From IMG/VR virus record IMGVR_UViG_3300020718_000009, positions 39,299 to 103,298 of that record: DNA of 64,000 nucleotides. One strand, written 5' to 3'. The stretch comes from a virus. Taxonomy: Duplodnaviria > Caudoviricetes. The translations under genes and the position numbers were made by a program. Under the pieces are notes generated by a model, which was given only the letters and a program-made list of their open reading frames with translations, was not told the DNA's origin and ran no database searches. Positions 1 through 9,794 of this stretch are shown piece by piece (the stretch's first letter is position 1; each line of letters begins with the position of its first letter).

Positions 1-473
1 ACTATAAGGCATTCGTAAAATTTGGTAGATATTGTGTAAACACAAAAGTTATTAACCCAGCTCGTTTTACTGAATGGGTATTAAAACAAAATAAAAAATT
101 AGACTATTGGTGTAGTGACAAACTGTATGAAGAATATTTAATGTATTATTTGAAAGTAGAAAGAATGGAGGATGCGCTAGCCCGCGGAATAGAACACGCT
201 ATGAAGTGGGCAGAAGAAAAACAAGCTCCATCGCAAGATTTCTTGCGTTACGGAAATCATAATTCTATAACAAGCGCAATAGTTAATGGTCGTATTAGTC
301 CGTGGTTATTATATAATTGTGAGTCAGGTCAAAAGTTTTTATCTGAAATGAATGTTGAACAACAAGCTATGGTATGGCCATATATTGACACAGATATATG
401 GCAAAAGAAATTAAAAGAAGATCCTGCCAATCGTATTGAAGCGCAGGAATTGTTAAAAAAGGCAGGCTGGTGA
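1..473 (+). CDS. Conserved phage hypothetical protein, 5'-truncated by window
   Basis: Frame is open from base 3 (YKAFVKFGRYCV...) through to the stop at 473, so the ORF-track start at 141 is internal. Confidence 0.7.
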   Translation, partial: YKAFVKFGRYCVNTKVINPARFTEWVLKQNKKLDYWCSDKLYEEYLMYYLKVERMEDALARGIEHAMKWAEEKQAPSQDFLRYGNHNSITSAIVNGRISPWLLYNCESGQKFLSEMNVEQQAMVWPYIDTDIWQKKLKEDPANRIEAQELLKKAGW

Positions 474-847
474 TGAAAATTATTTGTATATTATTAGCGT
501 TATTTGGTATCAAACATTTTATATGCGATTTTCTTTTACAAAATGAAAAGATGCTTAAGGATAAGGGAGTATATATGGCCCCGGGTGGTTGCAATCATGC
601 GGCTATACACGCACTCGGAACCTTAATTGTATTATTATTATTTTTCCCGTGGGACCCAGTTGCTCATATTTTTGCCATTGCAATTGGTTTACTAGATGGC
701 GTAATACATTATCATATTGATTGGGCAAAAACAAATTTAAGTCAAGGGTTGACTCCTGCTGATCGTAAATTTTGGGTATGGTTCGGGGCCGACCAAGGTC
801 TACACTATTTGACATATGTTGGAATAATTGCTATACTTGTTCTATGA
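470..847 (+). CDS. DUF3307-family membrane protein
   Basis: KHFICDF, HAAIH, HYHIDW and DQGLH motifs; hydrophobic segments. Confidence 0.75.
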   Translation: MMKIICILLALFGIKHFICDFLLQNEKMLKDKGVYMAPGGCNHAAIHALGTLIVLLLFFPWDPVAHIFAIAIGLLDGVIHYHIDWAKTNLSQGLTPADRKFWVWFGADQGLHYLTYVGIIAILVL

Positions 848-1422
848 GCGCAGATATTGATATTGACTTGGCAGACCGAGAACAAGTACTAAAACTTATT
901 CAAGCTATACCAGCACGGCAACTACATCAAGGTCAAGTCAGACGTCACGCATCGGGAGTTTATATTACTGATATTCCTTATGACCCAATAAATCAATGCG
1001 CGGCTATAGATTATGAAGAAGCAGAAAAACGCGGATATTTTAAAATTGATTTACTTAACATGTCGGTATACCAGTTAATTAAATCTCCTGAACATTATCA
1101 AGAATTATTAGCAAAAGAACCGCCGTGGGAAAGATTGTGGAATGATTTGGAATGGGCAAAACAACTAGTACATATAGGCAACTATACTGATTTATTATTG
1201 AAAATGAAACCAGATTCTATTCCGCGAATGGCAGCTTTTATAGCAATTATTAGACCAGGAAAAGCTCATTTACAAAATAAATCTTGGCCAAAAATCTTTG
1301 AAACTGTATGGGATGGGGATGATTCTAAAGGTTTTGTGTTTAAAAAAAGTCATTCAATTTCTTATGCAGCATTAGTAACCTTACACATGAACCTACTTGA
1401 CGAAGTTACTCCATCTTCCTAA
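844..1422 (+). CDS. Small DnaE-like (DNA polymerase III alpha palm fragment) protein
   Basis: ADIDID, HASGVY, GYFKIDLL, IRPG and FKKSHSISYA motifs of C-family polymerases; likely start ATG 844. Confidence 0.75.
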   Translation: MSADIDIDLADREQVLKLIQAIPARQLHQGQVRRHASGVYITDIPYDPINQCAAIDYEEAEKRGYFKIDLLNMSVYQLIKSPEHYQELLAKEPPWERLWNDLEWAKQLVHIGNYTDLLLKMKPDSIPRMAAFIAIIRPGKAHLQNKSWPKIFETVWDGDDSKGFVFKKSHSISYAALVTLHMNLLDEVTPSS

Positions 1423-1783
1423 CTAAAGTAATAGATTTTCTTTTTGACTTTTTACGGGCTAATTCAGCTAAACTACAGACTGGTCCATGCATAATTTCGA
1501 GATCTTTGTTTATAAAAGTACGCAAATAAACTTTAAACGGATCCCATTCGTTTTTTAAGAAAATATTTATAGGTATAGATCTGTTGCTTTCCCACCACCA
1601 AATGTTGGCTAATTTTAAGAAATCTTTCTTTATATCAAGGTCGCTTATACTTCCAAAGTCATAAATTGTTGTAATTATATCGTCCCGATTTTGTATAATT
1701 CCCACATATTCTTGAGAAGCGTAAACACATAGCGTTATAAACGGGTATTTGTCAGTTAATTTAGTGAATATTTCAGTGCTCAT
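1406..1783 (-). CDS. Conserved phage hypothetical protein
   Basis: 125-aa ORF with WWWESNRSIPIN motif; minus-strand ATAAATA at 1808-1814 upstream. Confidence 0.7.
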   Translation of the reverse strand: MSTEIFTKLTDKYPFITLCVYASQEYVGIIQNRDDIITTIYDFGSISDLDIKKDFLKLANIWWWESNRSIPINIFLKNEWDPFKVYLRTFINKDLEIMHGPVCSLAELARKKSKRKSITLVRKME

Positions 1784-1853
1784 CTATTAGTAGTTATTCG
1801 TATGGGATATTTATGTTCCAAAAGTTTATAGTTAAATATCACTAAATATTAAT

Positions 1854-2375
1854 ATGAGTTTTAACCGACAACAACCGCCCTTAAATTTTTATGTTTACTT
1901 GTATTTGCGAGAAGATGGAACACCTTACTATTGCGGTAAAGGATTAGGATCACGAGCATGGGCAACACACAGAACGCCCATCCCGCACAATGATCGCATA
2001 AAAATAGTTGCACATAATTTAGCAGAAGTTGAGGCACTTTTGTTAGAAAAAAAACTTATCACGTATTATGGCCGCAAAGATTTAGGTACTGGATTATTAC
2101 ATAATATGACAGAAGGGGGCGAGGGATCGTCGGGTAGAATAACTGAAGAAATAACAAAAAATAAAATATCTAAAGTAAAAACTGGAAAACCCAATAAAGG
2201 GGCAGGCTGGAATAGAGGTGTTAAATATACTGAAGAATTCAAACAACGATTAGATATGTCTGGTTTAGAAAAAGGACATGGCTGGAATAAAGGGCTTAAA
2301 TTGTCAGAAACTCACAAAGAAAATCTTAAAAAAGCATGGGAAAAGCGAAAATTAGCTCAGCAAATTAATGTATAA
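1854..2375 (+). CDS. GIY-YIG-type homing endonuclease with NUMOD3-like repeats
   Basis: FYVYLY...PYYCGKG...R; L.NMTEGGEG; WNKG...SETHKENL repeats. Confidence 0.8.
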   Translation: MSFNRQQPPLNFYVYLYLREDGTPYYCGKGLGSRAWATHRTPIPHNDRIKIVAHNLAEVEALLLEKKLITYYGRKDLGTGLLHNMTEGGEGSSGRITEEITKNKISKVKTGKPNKGAGWNRGVKYTEEFKQRLDMSGLEKGHGWNKGLKLSETHKENLKKAWEKRKLAQQINV

Positions 2376-2383
2376 ATATATGA

Positions 2384-3544
2384 ATGTACTCCACAGAAGT
2401 TTTCCTCTATCAGCAACGAACTCAAGTAGTTTTATTGGATTCGAGCGGGCAGTATTTTACAATGAGGTACAATTCGGTGTATTCTAAACGCCTAACTTTA
2501 AATCTCGGAGTTGATAATGTGCTGTTATTTTCATTTGTCAATCAAGACGAAAAACCTGTAAATGTAAACGGATGCACTTTTATATTTCGGGTAACAAATA
2601 CTCAAGGAACTACATTGTTGCTACAAGAGCCAATGACTATTCTTAATGCCGCCGCAGGGCAAGTTAAAGTAACAGTTCCAGCAGAACACACTTTAGAACT
2701 AATAGCACAACCAGCATCCTATTCAATCAGTGTACAAAGTGGTAATTTAAATCAAGCGGTCTTTACCAATGCTCAGTCTGGTGCTCGCGCTCCCATTGAT
2801 CTTGTTAATTCTGTATTTCCACAATTTGTACCATCAGCACCATTAACTATTCCAACTATAAAGTTAAGTGCTCAGTCAAGTTTAGACGGAGCCGGATATG
2901 AAAATTTTCCAGGTTGGGCAGGGGTTGGATATTGGGGATCAGCAGCCAGTGGGTCGCCTTACTGGAACACTTACTCTAATTCCGAATATTATTCTAGTTT
3001 TATAGTACCAAAAAATTATATTACAACTATACAAATGGATTTAATTGGGTATACTGGTACTATAAAAGCTCAATGGGCACAAAATTATCAAAGTATTTGG
3101 TATAACATTACCGAAAGTACTACCTACTATAACGAAACTAGAACCATTTATATGAATGTGGTAGGTTGGTATCCTTTGTTGCGTTTGGGATTTAATAATA
3201 GTATTTTTTCAGTACCAGACCAACCTGGTTATCCAGCTAACGCATTTGCCACATGCGTAGACGGAGTGGTTACTAACATTACTGTTCAAAATCCTGGTTC
3301 TGGATATTTGGCACCGCCACAAGTTAATATTTTAGGTAACGGATCAGGTGCTCGTGCCGAAGCTGTGCTTGGACCAAACGGCTCTGTTACTGGAATTAAT
3401 GTTATAAATGGTGGTTCTGGTTATTGGCCAATTCCTATTGGCGGCCCCGGAAGTAACGGGCAAATAAATCCTATTCCACCAAATAATTCTGGAGCTTTTG
3501 TGGCTATATCAACTGGATACGTTGTAAATTTAATGTATCGATAA
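2384..3544 (+). CDS. Virion structural protein (baseplate-upper-like N-terminus)
   Basis: TATAAATA at 2371-2378 upstream; G/N/S/T-rich beta composition; NPGSGY / NGGSGY repeats. Confidence 0.55.
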   Translation: MYSTEVFLYQQRTQVVLLDSSGQYFTMRYNSVYSKRLTLNLGVDNVLLFSFVNQDEKPVNVNGCTFIFRVTNTQGTTLLLQEPMTILNAAAGQVKVTVPAEHTLELIAQPASYSISVQSGNLNQAVFTNAQSGARAPIDLVNSVFPQFVPSAPLTIPTIKLSAQSSLDGAGYENFPGWAGVGYWGSAASGSPYWNTYSNSEYYSSFIVPKNYITTIQMDLIGYTGTIKAQWAQNYQSIWYNITESTTYYNETRTIYMNVVGWYPLLRLGFNNSIFSVPDQPGYPANAFATCVDGVVTNITVQNPGSGYLAPPQVNILGNGSGARAEAVLGPNGSVTGINVINGGSGYWPIPIGGPGSNGQINPIPPNNSGAFVAISTGYVVNLMYR

Positions 3545-3580
3545 TGTTGTAATCAGCTGGTAATTATGCTATACTGTAGC

Positions 3581-4561
3581 ATGATTGATGTAATTTCTTT
3601 TTTACCCGGTAAGAAAAAACACACAAGTTCTGGTTGGATTTCATTCAATGCTCCTTGTTGTATTCATCGCGGTAACACTCAAGATAAAAGACAACGTGGA
3701 GGAATTAAACCAACGCCGGAAGGTGGATGGAGTTATCATTGTTTTAATTGCGGTCTCACAGCAAGTTTTATACCCGGCAGAAGTTTATCATTTAAAGCAC
3801 GAAAATTATTAGAATGGTTCGGGGTTGATAATGTTACTATCGAACAAATAAATCTCGAAAGTTTACGCCATCGCACAATGCATGGCTTGCTTGAAAATCA
3901 AAAAAATGTAATTAAAGCCGTAGAATTTGAAGAACGAGATTTGCCCGCCGAGCTAGAACTTATAGATGTTAATAATCCTAATCATATTCCATATATAGAA
4001 TATTTAGAAGGACGCAGCGTAGATTGTACAGCGTATCCTTATATGGTAAGTTCTACGGCAGAAGGTAGACAATCCAAACGTATTGTCATACCCTTTACGC
4101 ATAACGGATTAATAGTTGGAAATAGCGCCAGGTATATAGATGGACGACAGCCTAAATTCATATCAGACACACAACAAGGATATGTATTTGGAGTTGATTT
4201 ACAAAAAGATAATTGGGAACATGCCATTGTAGTAGAGGGAGTATTTGACGCACTTGTCATAAATGGATTGGCAGTATTACATAATAATATTAATGACACG
4301 CAATCGCAAGTTATTAAAAGTTTGGGAAAAACTATTACTGTAGTTCCAGATCAAGACCAAGCAGGTATGGCATTAGTAGATAGAGCAATAGAATTGGGGT
4401 GGGCTGTTAGTATACCAGAATGGCCACAAGGTATTAAAGATGTAAATGATGCGGTAAATTGTATGGGTAAGATAGCGACCTTGCTAACTATATTAAAAGC
4501 CAGAGAAACTAACAAATATAAAATTGATATAAAAAGGAAACAACTTGTTAAAAGATTATAG
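3581..4561 (+). CDS. DNA primase (Zn finger + Toprim)
   Basis: N-terminal C/H zinc-binding motif (CIH...HCFNC); Toprim VEGVFDA, PDQD and KDVND; adjacent to helicase. Confidence 0.9.
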   Translation: MIDVISFLPGKKKHTSSGWISFNAPCCIHRGNTQDKRQRGGIKPTPEGGWSYHCFNCGLTASFIPGRSLSFKARKLLEWFGVDNVTIEQINLESLRHRTMHGLLENQKNVIKAVEFEERDLPAELELIDVNNPNHIPYIEYLEGRSVDCTAYPYMVSSTAEGRQSKRIVIPFTHNGLIVGNSARYIDGRQPKFISDTQQGYVFGVDLQKDNWEHAIVVEGVFDALVINGLAVLHNNINDTQSQVIKSLGKTITVVPDQDQAGMALVDRAIELGWAVSIPEWPQGIKDVNDAVNCMGKIATLLTILKARETNKYKIDIKRKQLVKRL

Positions 4562-5948
4562 TATAGAAGTACAAAAATTATTTTTAGAAATGATGCTCAG
4601 CGATGCTGAATCATTTGTTCGCGTTCAAAATATATACAATCCCGAAAATTTCGATCGCAGTATTCGTACTGCCGCTGATTTTATTAAAAAACATTATGAA
4701 GAACATGGATCACTTCCGGTATTACAACAAGTTAATGCTACATCAGGGATTAAATTAAACGAATTGCCAGATTTACCAGATGGTAATATGGAATGGTTTA
4801 TGGAAGAATTTGAAGGTTTTACTAAAAAAGAAGAACTTAGCAGAGCTATTCTTAAATCATATGACATGTTGGATAAAGGCGATTTTGACCCGGTTGAAAA
4901 ATTAATTAAAGATGCCGTACAAATTAGTTTACAAAAAGACATGGGCACAGATTATTTTGCTGATCCTAGAGCCCGTAATGACAAATATTTTAATTCTGGC
5001 GGTCAAGTAAGCACTGGCTGGCCATCTTTGGATAAAATATTATATGGTGGATTTAGTCGTGGCGAACTGAATATTTTTGCTGGCGGATCTGGATCGGGTA
5101 AATCTTTGGTAATGATGAATATTGCTATCAGCTGGCTTGAACAAGGACTAAGTGGAGCATATATAAGTTTAGAGCTTAGTGAAGAATTGGTTGGATTGCG
5201 TACTGATGCAATGCTATCAAGCATGTCAACTAAAGACATCAGAAAAGATTTAGAAACAGCCGAATTAAAAGTTAAAATGTTTGGTAAAAAAGCCGGGCAA
5301 TATCGTGTCAAAGCACTACCAGCACAAAGTAATATCAATGATGTACGCTCCTATTTAAAAGAAGTACAAGTACAAACAGATATTAAAATTGACTTTGTAA
5401 TGGTTGATTATTTAGATTTATTAATGCCAGTTAGTGCCAAAGTTAGTCCCAACGATTTGTTTGTCAAAGACAAATATGTGTCGGAAGAATTGCGAAATTT
5501 AGCCAAAGAATTGGGAGTATTACTAGTAACCGCTAGTCAGTTAAATCGTGCGGCAGTGGAAGAAATTGAATTTGACCATAGTCATATTTCGGGTGGTATT
5601 AGTAAAATTAATACCGCTGATAATGTGTTTGGTATTTTTACAAGTCGTGCTATGAAAGAACGTGGGCGTTATCAATTACAATGTATGAAAACTCGTACAA
5701 GTAATGGAACTGGGCAAAAAGTAGAATTAGAATATAATATTGAAACTATGAGAATTACGGATTTACCTGAGGAAACAACCCCTATAAATTCATTTAAAAA
5801 AGCTAATATTTACGATAGCATAAAAACACAAAGCAAAGTAATTAATTCAGAACCTATAGATGATGAATTAGGTGAAACTGGAAAAATTACTGCGGATGTA
5901 CAAAGTGCTAAATTAAAGCAATTATTAGGACAAATTAAGCAGAATTAA
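4545..5948 (+). CDS. Replicative DnaB/gp41-like DNA helicase
   Basis: Walker A GGSGSGKS, SLE, VDYLDL and TASQLNR motifs. Confidence 0.92.
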   Translation: MLKDYSIEVQKLFLEMMLSDAESFVRVQNIYNPENFDRSIRTAADFIKKHYEEHGSLPVLQQVNATSGIKLNELPDLPDGNMEWFMEEFEGFTKKEELSRAILKSYDMLDKGDFDPVEKLIKDAVQISLQKDMGTDYFADPRARNDKYFNSGGQVSTGWPSLDKILYGGFSRGELNIFAGGSGSGKSLVMMNIAISWLEQGLSGAYISLELSEELVGLRTDAMLSSMSTKDIRKDLETAELKVKMFGKKAGQYRVKALPAQSNINDVRSYLKEVQVQTDIKIDFVMVDYLDLLMPVSAKVSPNDLFVKDKYVSEELRNLAKELGVLLVTASQLNRAAVEEIEFDHSHISGGISKINTADNVFGIFTSRAMKERGRYQLQCMKTRTSNGTGQKVELEYNIETMRITDLPEETTPINSFKKANIYDSIKTQSKVINSEPIDDELGETGKITADVQSAKLKQLLGQIKQN

Positions 5949-6000
5949 ACCAGACTACATAATTTAAAATGTAATAAATAATAAAAAGGTTCTGGCAAAA

Positions 6001-6249
6001 ATGCAAAAGAAAACTCGTAGTATTCTAGAAGAATTAGACAGTTTATATACAGAGCGCGATAATCGTCATATTATTGAAAATCGTGCTAATAATATTATTA
6101 CTAGTGCTATACGCTTACTAGAACAGATTGATGAGTCTTACAGTCCTGAACAAGCAGATAATCTTACACGAAAATTAATTAATGCTATTAAACTTCGTGA
6201 TCCAGGCAAGTTTACTCGCACCGTGAGGAAAACGGATGAAAATTTATAA
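6001..6249 (+). CDS. Late hypothetical protein
   Basis: ATAAATA at 5974-5980 and AAGG upstream. Confidence 0.7.
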   Translation: MQKKTRSILEELDSLYTERDNRHIIENRANNIITSAIRLLEQIDESYSPEQADNLTRKLINAIKLRDPGKFTRTVRKTDENL

Positions 6250-6271
6250 AATAACTGAACGTCAGCGATAA
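6236..6271 (+). pseudogene. 11-codon remnant ORF (MKIYKITERQR)
   Basis: GAGGA RBS at 6225-6229, ATG 6236, tandem TAA TAA; the N-terminus resembles neighbouring head-protein leaders. Confidence 0.35.
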
Positions 6272-6276
6272 TAACT

Positions 6277-8181
6277 ATGATATTAAAAGAAGGTGGTAAT
6301 GTATTTAAAAATTCCGATGGGCAAATACAGACACAACGTATTAATCAAATAGATGTTAAACCAACACTAGATTGGCTTGAACAAATGGTTGACCTTGATT
6401 TGCAAAATAATACTTTAGGATCAACTGGACTTAAACCTACATCCGGTGATCTTGATGTAGCAGTTGATAGCAGTAAAATAACCCCCGAGCAGTTAATCGC
6501 CGAACTTACACAGTGGTGTAATAGTCATCAACTTAATCCCAGAGATTACGTTAAAAAAGGTGGCGGACAAATACATTTTAAAACACCCATTGCTGGTAAT
6601 CCTGATAAAGGATATGTACAAACAGATTTTATGTTTATGAAAAATTTGGGAGTAGGTAAATTCTTTTTATCGGCTCCGGCAAATTCAGAGTATTCAGGTC
6701 GAGATCGGCATATTATGTTTAACAGTATTGGGAAACCCTTGGGATATAAAATTGTCCCTCGTGAAGGTCTTGTAAGTCGGGATAGTAACCAAGTAGTAGA
6801 AACTGATCCGGACAAAATTGCAAAACTTTTATTAGGCAAATCTGCTACCAAAGAAGATTTATATAGCGTAGAAACCATGGTACAGGCCTTGCAAAATGAT
6901 TCACAGCGAGATTTAAAGTTGGCCGATGCTAGAGCATTCTTTAGTAAAGAAGGTGTACCATTTTTTGAAACTCGCGGCGAAAGCGATGTTAACTTTTTGG
7001 CAAGACTACGAGACCGCATTGTCAATCAAAAAATGACACAGCTAATTGAAGATACCCAAGTACAAGGTGGAAAAGCCAAAGGTATAGAACACATAGAAGA
7101 TTTGGTATTCAGGCGTGGTACAGCTGGGATAAAAGATGCCTTGGCTGTAATTGATCATCTTAAAGATAATACCAAAACATCAACTTCAGTTAAATGGGAC
7201 GGTAAACCTGCAGTTATATTTGGTCGCCAACCTGACGGTGCTTTTGTATTAACTGATGTGGCCGGATTTACTGCTGTTGGATATAGCGGATTGTTTACTA
7301 GCCCTCGCCAACTTACGCAGCAATTAGCACATCGTGACGCCGAAGCACGATCTAAGGGTAATCAAGCCACTCGAGTAGACGAGCTCGCACCAATTTATCA
7401 AAAATTATGGCCCATGTTAGAAGCAGCCACTCCAGAAAACTTTAAAGGATTTATTCAAGGAGATTTACTTTATACGCAAACTCCTACCGAACAAACAGGA
7501 GCTTATGTGTTTAAACCTAACACTATAGCATACAGTATTCCCGCCGCCAGTGATTTAGGACAACAAATTGGAGCAAGTGAAGTGGGTATTGCCATTCATA
7601 CTCAGTACAACGAGCCAGGTGCTCCTAAACAAGCAATTGGAAAATTAAATTTAAATCCTGTTCCTGGGTTACTGTTAATTGAACCCATAAGACCTACAGA
7701 AAATGTTAAGCCCAAAGATAGTGGGAAAGTTAAACAATTAAAACAACTGATAAGCATTCATGGTAACAGTATTAATACTTTGTTTGATCCAACAGAGCTT
7801 AGAACTTTAAAAATTACAGATTTACCTAAACTTTGTATTGATTATATCAATAGTTTAGTAAAGAATGTTAATATTACTAATTTTGATCCTAATCAACTAT
7901 TACCAGAATTTGGTAAATGGCTACAGCAAAAAGTTACTCCTAGCAAGTATAATAATATTGTAGAATATTTACAAAGCCCCCGCTCAAATATGAATGGTAT
8001 TTCTGCCGCATTTTCGGCGTTTGTATTGTTACACGATATAAAAACTGATTTATTGCATCAACTGGACCTGCAGCACCCAGGGCAAGAGGGTTGGGTTATA
8101 GCAATTCCCGGCGGAACTGTTAAATTTGTTAATAGATTTGACTTTAGTCGCGCCAATCGCCAGCAAAATAATCCTGTATAA
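6277..8181 (+). CDS. Fusion of Pol-beta-like nucleotidyltransferase and KxDG ligase-like domain
   Basis: GSTG...SGDLDVAVD in the N-half; HIEDL...VKWDGKP, QGDLL and EGWV...KFVNR in the C-half. Confidence 0.6.
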   Translation: MILKEGGNVFKNSDGQIQTQRINQIDVKPTLDWLEQMVDLDLQNNTLGSTGLKPTSGDLDVAVDSSKITPEQLIAELTQWCNSHQLNPRDYVKKGGGQIHFKTPIAGNPDKGYVQTDFMFMKNLGVGKFFLSAPANSEYSGRDRHIMFNSIGKPLGYKIVPREGLVSRDSNQVVETDPDKIAKLLLGKSATKEDLYSVETMVQALQNDSQRDLKLADARAFFSKEGVPFFETRGESDVNFLARLRDRIVNQKMTQLIEDTQVQGGKAKGIEHIEDLVFRRGTAGIKDALAVIDHLKDNTKTSTSVKWDGKPAVIFGRQPDGAFVLTDVAGFTAVGYSGLFTSPRQLTQQLAHRDAEARSKGNQATRVDELAPIYQKLWPMLEAATPENFKGFIQGDLLYTQTPTEQTGAYVFKPNTIAYSIPAASDLGQQIGASEVGIAIHTQYNEPGAPKQAIGKLNLNPVPGLLLIEPIRPTENVKPKDSGKVKQLKQLISIHGNSINTLFDPTELRTLKITDLPKLCIDYINSLVKNVNITNFDPNQLLPEFGKWLQQKVTPSKYNNIVEYLQSPRSNMNGISAAFSAFVLLHDIKTDLLHQLDLQHPGQEGWVIAIPGGTVKFVNRFDFSRANRQQNNPV

Positions 8182-8263
8182 TCTACACCAAAGATGCCAT
8201 TTTTAGTCATTTGACTAAATACTTGTAGGACTTTCGGGTCCACATACATAAGGAGATTTAAAA

Positions 8264-8734
8264 ATGGCACAAATTCCATTAGTATCAGGTGGTTCACAAC
8301 CAGTATTCGCTATTGACACACTCAATGGCCCACAGTTAGCAGCAAACACAGCATATGCCCCAGCTGGCGTACCAGTAATGATTCAAGGTCCAAAACTAGA
8401 CTTTTTTGGTGTTGGTCTTGGCAATTCAGGTTTTAATCAAGCTGGTGTTAACGGCGCAATTCAGCAAATTATCCAAGCTATTCAACAAACTTGTACAGTT
8501 GCTTTTTATCAAGTAGACAATACAAATAACGCAGTTGATTTTAGTTTGGCCGTTTATCCAACAGGCGCTTTTGGTAACATTGCTAACGCCCAAGCAGCAA
8601 CAAACTTTGCCGCTACAATTACAGCATTGGGAAATATTTACAATTCCACAGCTAATACATATTGTAACGTAGCAGCTGCAACTGTAACAACAGTTGGTTT
8701 CCGTTTGGCTTCTACAGCAACTTCAGCCAGCTAA
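8264..8734 (+). CDS. Probable abundant virion structural protein
   Basis: CTAAATA 8215-8221, AGGAG RBS, Ala/Thr/Asn-rich, followed by a terminator. Confidence 0.6.
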   Translation: MAQIPLVSGGSQPVFAIDTLNGPQLAANTAYAPAGVPVMIQGPKLDFFGVGLGNSGFNQAGVNGAIQQIIQAIQQTCTVAFYQVDNTNNAVDFSLAVYPTGAFGNIANAQAATNFAATITALGNIYNSTANTYCNVAAATVTTVGFRLASTATSAS

Positions 8735-8761
8735 TTTTAAAGGCAACTTTAAAATATCAGG

Positions 8762-8784
8762 AAAGCACCGCAAGGTGCTTTTTT
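8762..8784 (+). terminator. Rho-independent terminator
   Basis: AAAGCACC-GCAA-GGTGCTTT followed by T run. Confidence 0.85.
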
Positions 8785-8785
8785 G

Positions 8786-8824
8786 TTGACATTAGTTTAC
8801 GTCCTTGCTAAAATGAGTTAAATA
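8786..8824 (+). promoter_or_regulatory. sigma70 promoter plus late box
   Basis: TTGACA-17-TAAAAT; TTAAATA at 8818. Confidence 0.65.
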
Positions 8825-8832
8825 CATCTATT

Positions 8833-9087
8833 ATGACAGTTAGTAAGATTACCGAAGTTACCATTTTTGAATCTTTAGAAGGCGGCCGCACGGTTTATGC
8901 TCGGCATCCTGGTTCAAACATTAGGAAATTGCATTCACAAGATCCAGCTTTGGAAAAGGATTTAGCAGATTTACGGGAGCAAGAACGCTGGCAATTTATA
9001 TTAGCCGCCAGAAAAGATAACCCGGTAATTAATGAATTGTGTGAGCAAGTCGAGATTTTATATGAATTGTCAAAAAACTCACAATGA
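8833..9087 (+). CDS. Hypothetical protein
   Basis: ORF behind promoter; overlaps next start. Confidence 0.7.
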   Translation: MTVSKITEVTIFESLEGGRTVYARHPGSNIRKLHSQDPALEKDLADLREQERWQFILAARKDNPVINELCEQVEILYELSKNSQ

Positions 9088-9497
9088 AATTTTCATGTAA
9101 AACTTTTTTTGATATTACTGCCACTGGTATTACTGGGCACTACAAATCATCGCGAATACCATTTAAAGATAAAGCCGATCAATCTATTGAAAATGAAATA
9201 TTATGGAATCGTTCTAGAAATCAACAGAGGAATTGGGAAACTATTACCCAACTATTATCTATGCGTACCCAAATATTTGATTTAACAATACCAAAAAAGA
9301 TAAAAAACGTTTGGGAATTTGAGTTTGAAGTTGAGGCTGTAGGAGTTTTTGAATCACAAGACAACCCAGTGGGAATACTATTAATAGATGCTGATGGTGT
9401 TCCCATGCTTACGGGGTTGACTGAAAAGCAAGGAATTGGGCCTGTTCTTGTGCCAAAAGGCGAAAATCAAAACATCTGGTTTAGCAAATTATTATAA
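9084..9497 (+). CDS. Hypothetical protein
   Basis: ATGA-coupled ORF; FDITATG and RNQQRNWET motifs. Confidence 0.7.
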   Translation: MKFSCKTFFDITATGITGHYKSSRIPFKDKADQSIENEILWNRSRNQQRNWETITQLLSMRTQIFDLTIPKKIKNVWEFEFEVEAVGVFESQDNPVGILLIDADGVPMLTGLTEKQGIGPVLVPKGENQNIWFSKLL

Positions 9498-9530
9498 ATA
9501 ATGCAAAGAATTATAATAGAGGATTTAAAA

Positions 9531-9794
9531 ATGATTGAAGCTACCGATATCGAAAAGAAAAGCCTTGAGGCTCATGTAGAACTCTGCGCAGAAAGATACA
9601 ACGCACTAGAAAATAGATTAGACATATTAGACGAAAAAATTGAAGATAATAATTCTATGATTCGTGAAATTCGAGATATGGTCGTTGCAATGTCTTCTAA
9701 ACGCAATGATCAAATTATTGCTTGGGGAACCGCATTAATAGGTGTTTTTGCTGGCACCACAGCTTGGTTAGTAATTCACTACGGTTTTAAATGA
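9531..9794 (+). CDS. Coiled-coil protein with C-terminal transmembrane helix
   Basis: TATAAATA 9493-9500, GAGG RBS, heptad pattern then IIAWGTALIGVFAGTTAWLVI. Confidence 0.65.
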   Translation: MIEATDIEKKSLEAHVELCAERYNALENRLDILDEKIEDNNSMIREIRDMVVAMSSKRNDQIIAWGTALIGVFAGTTAWLVIHYGFK

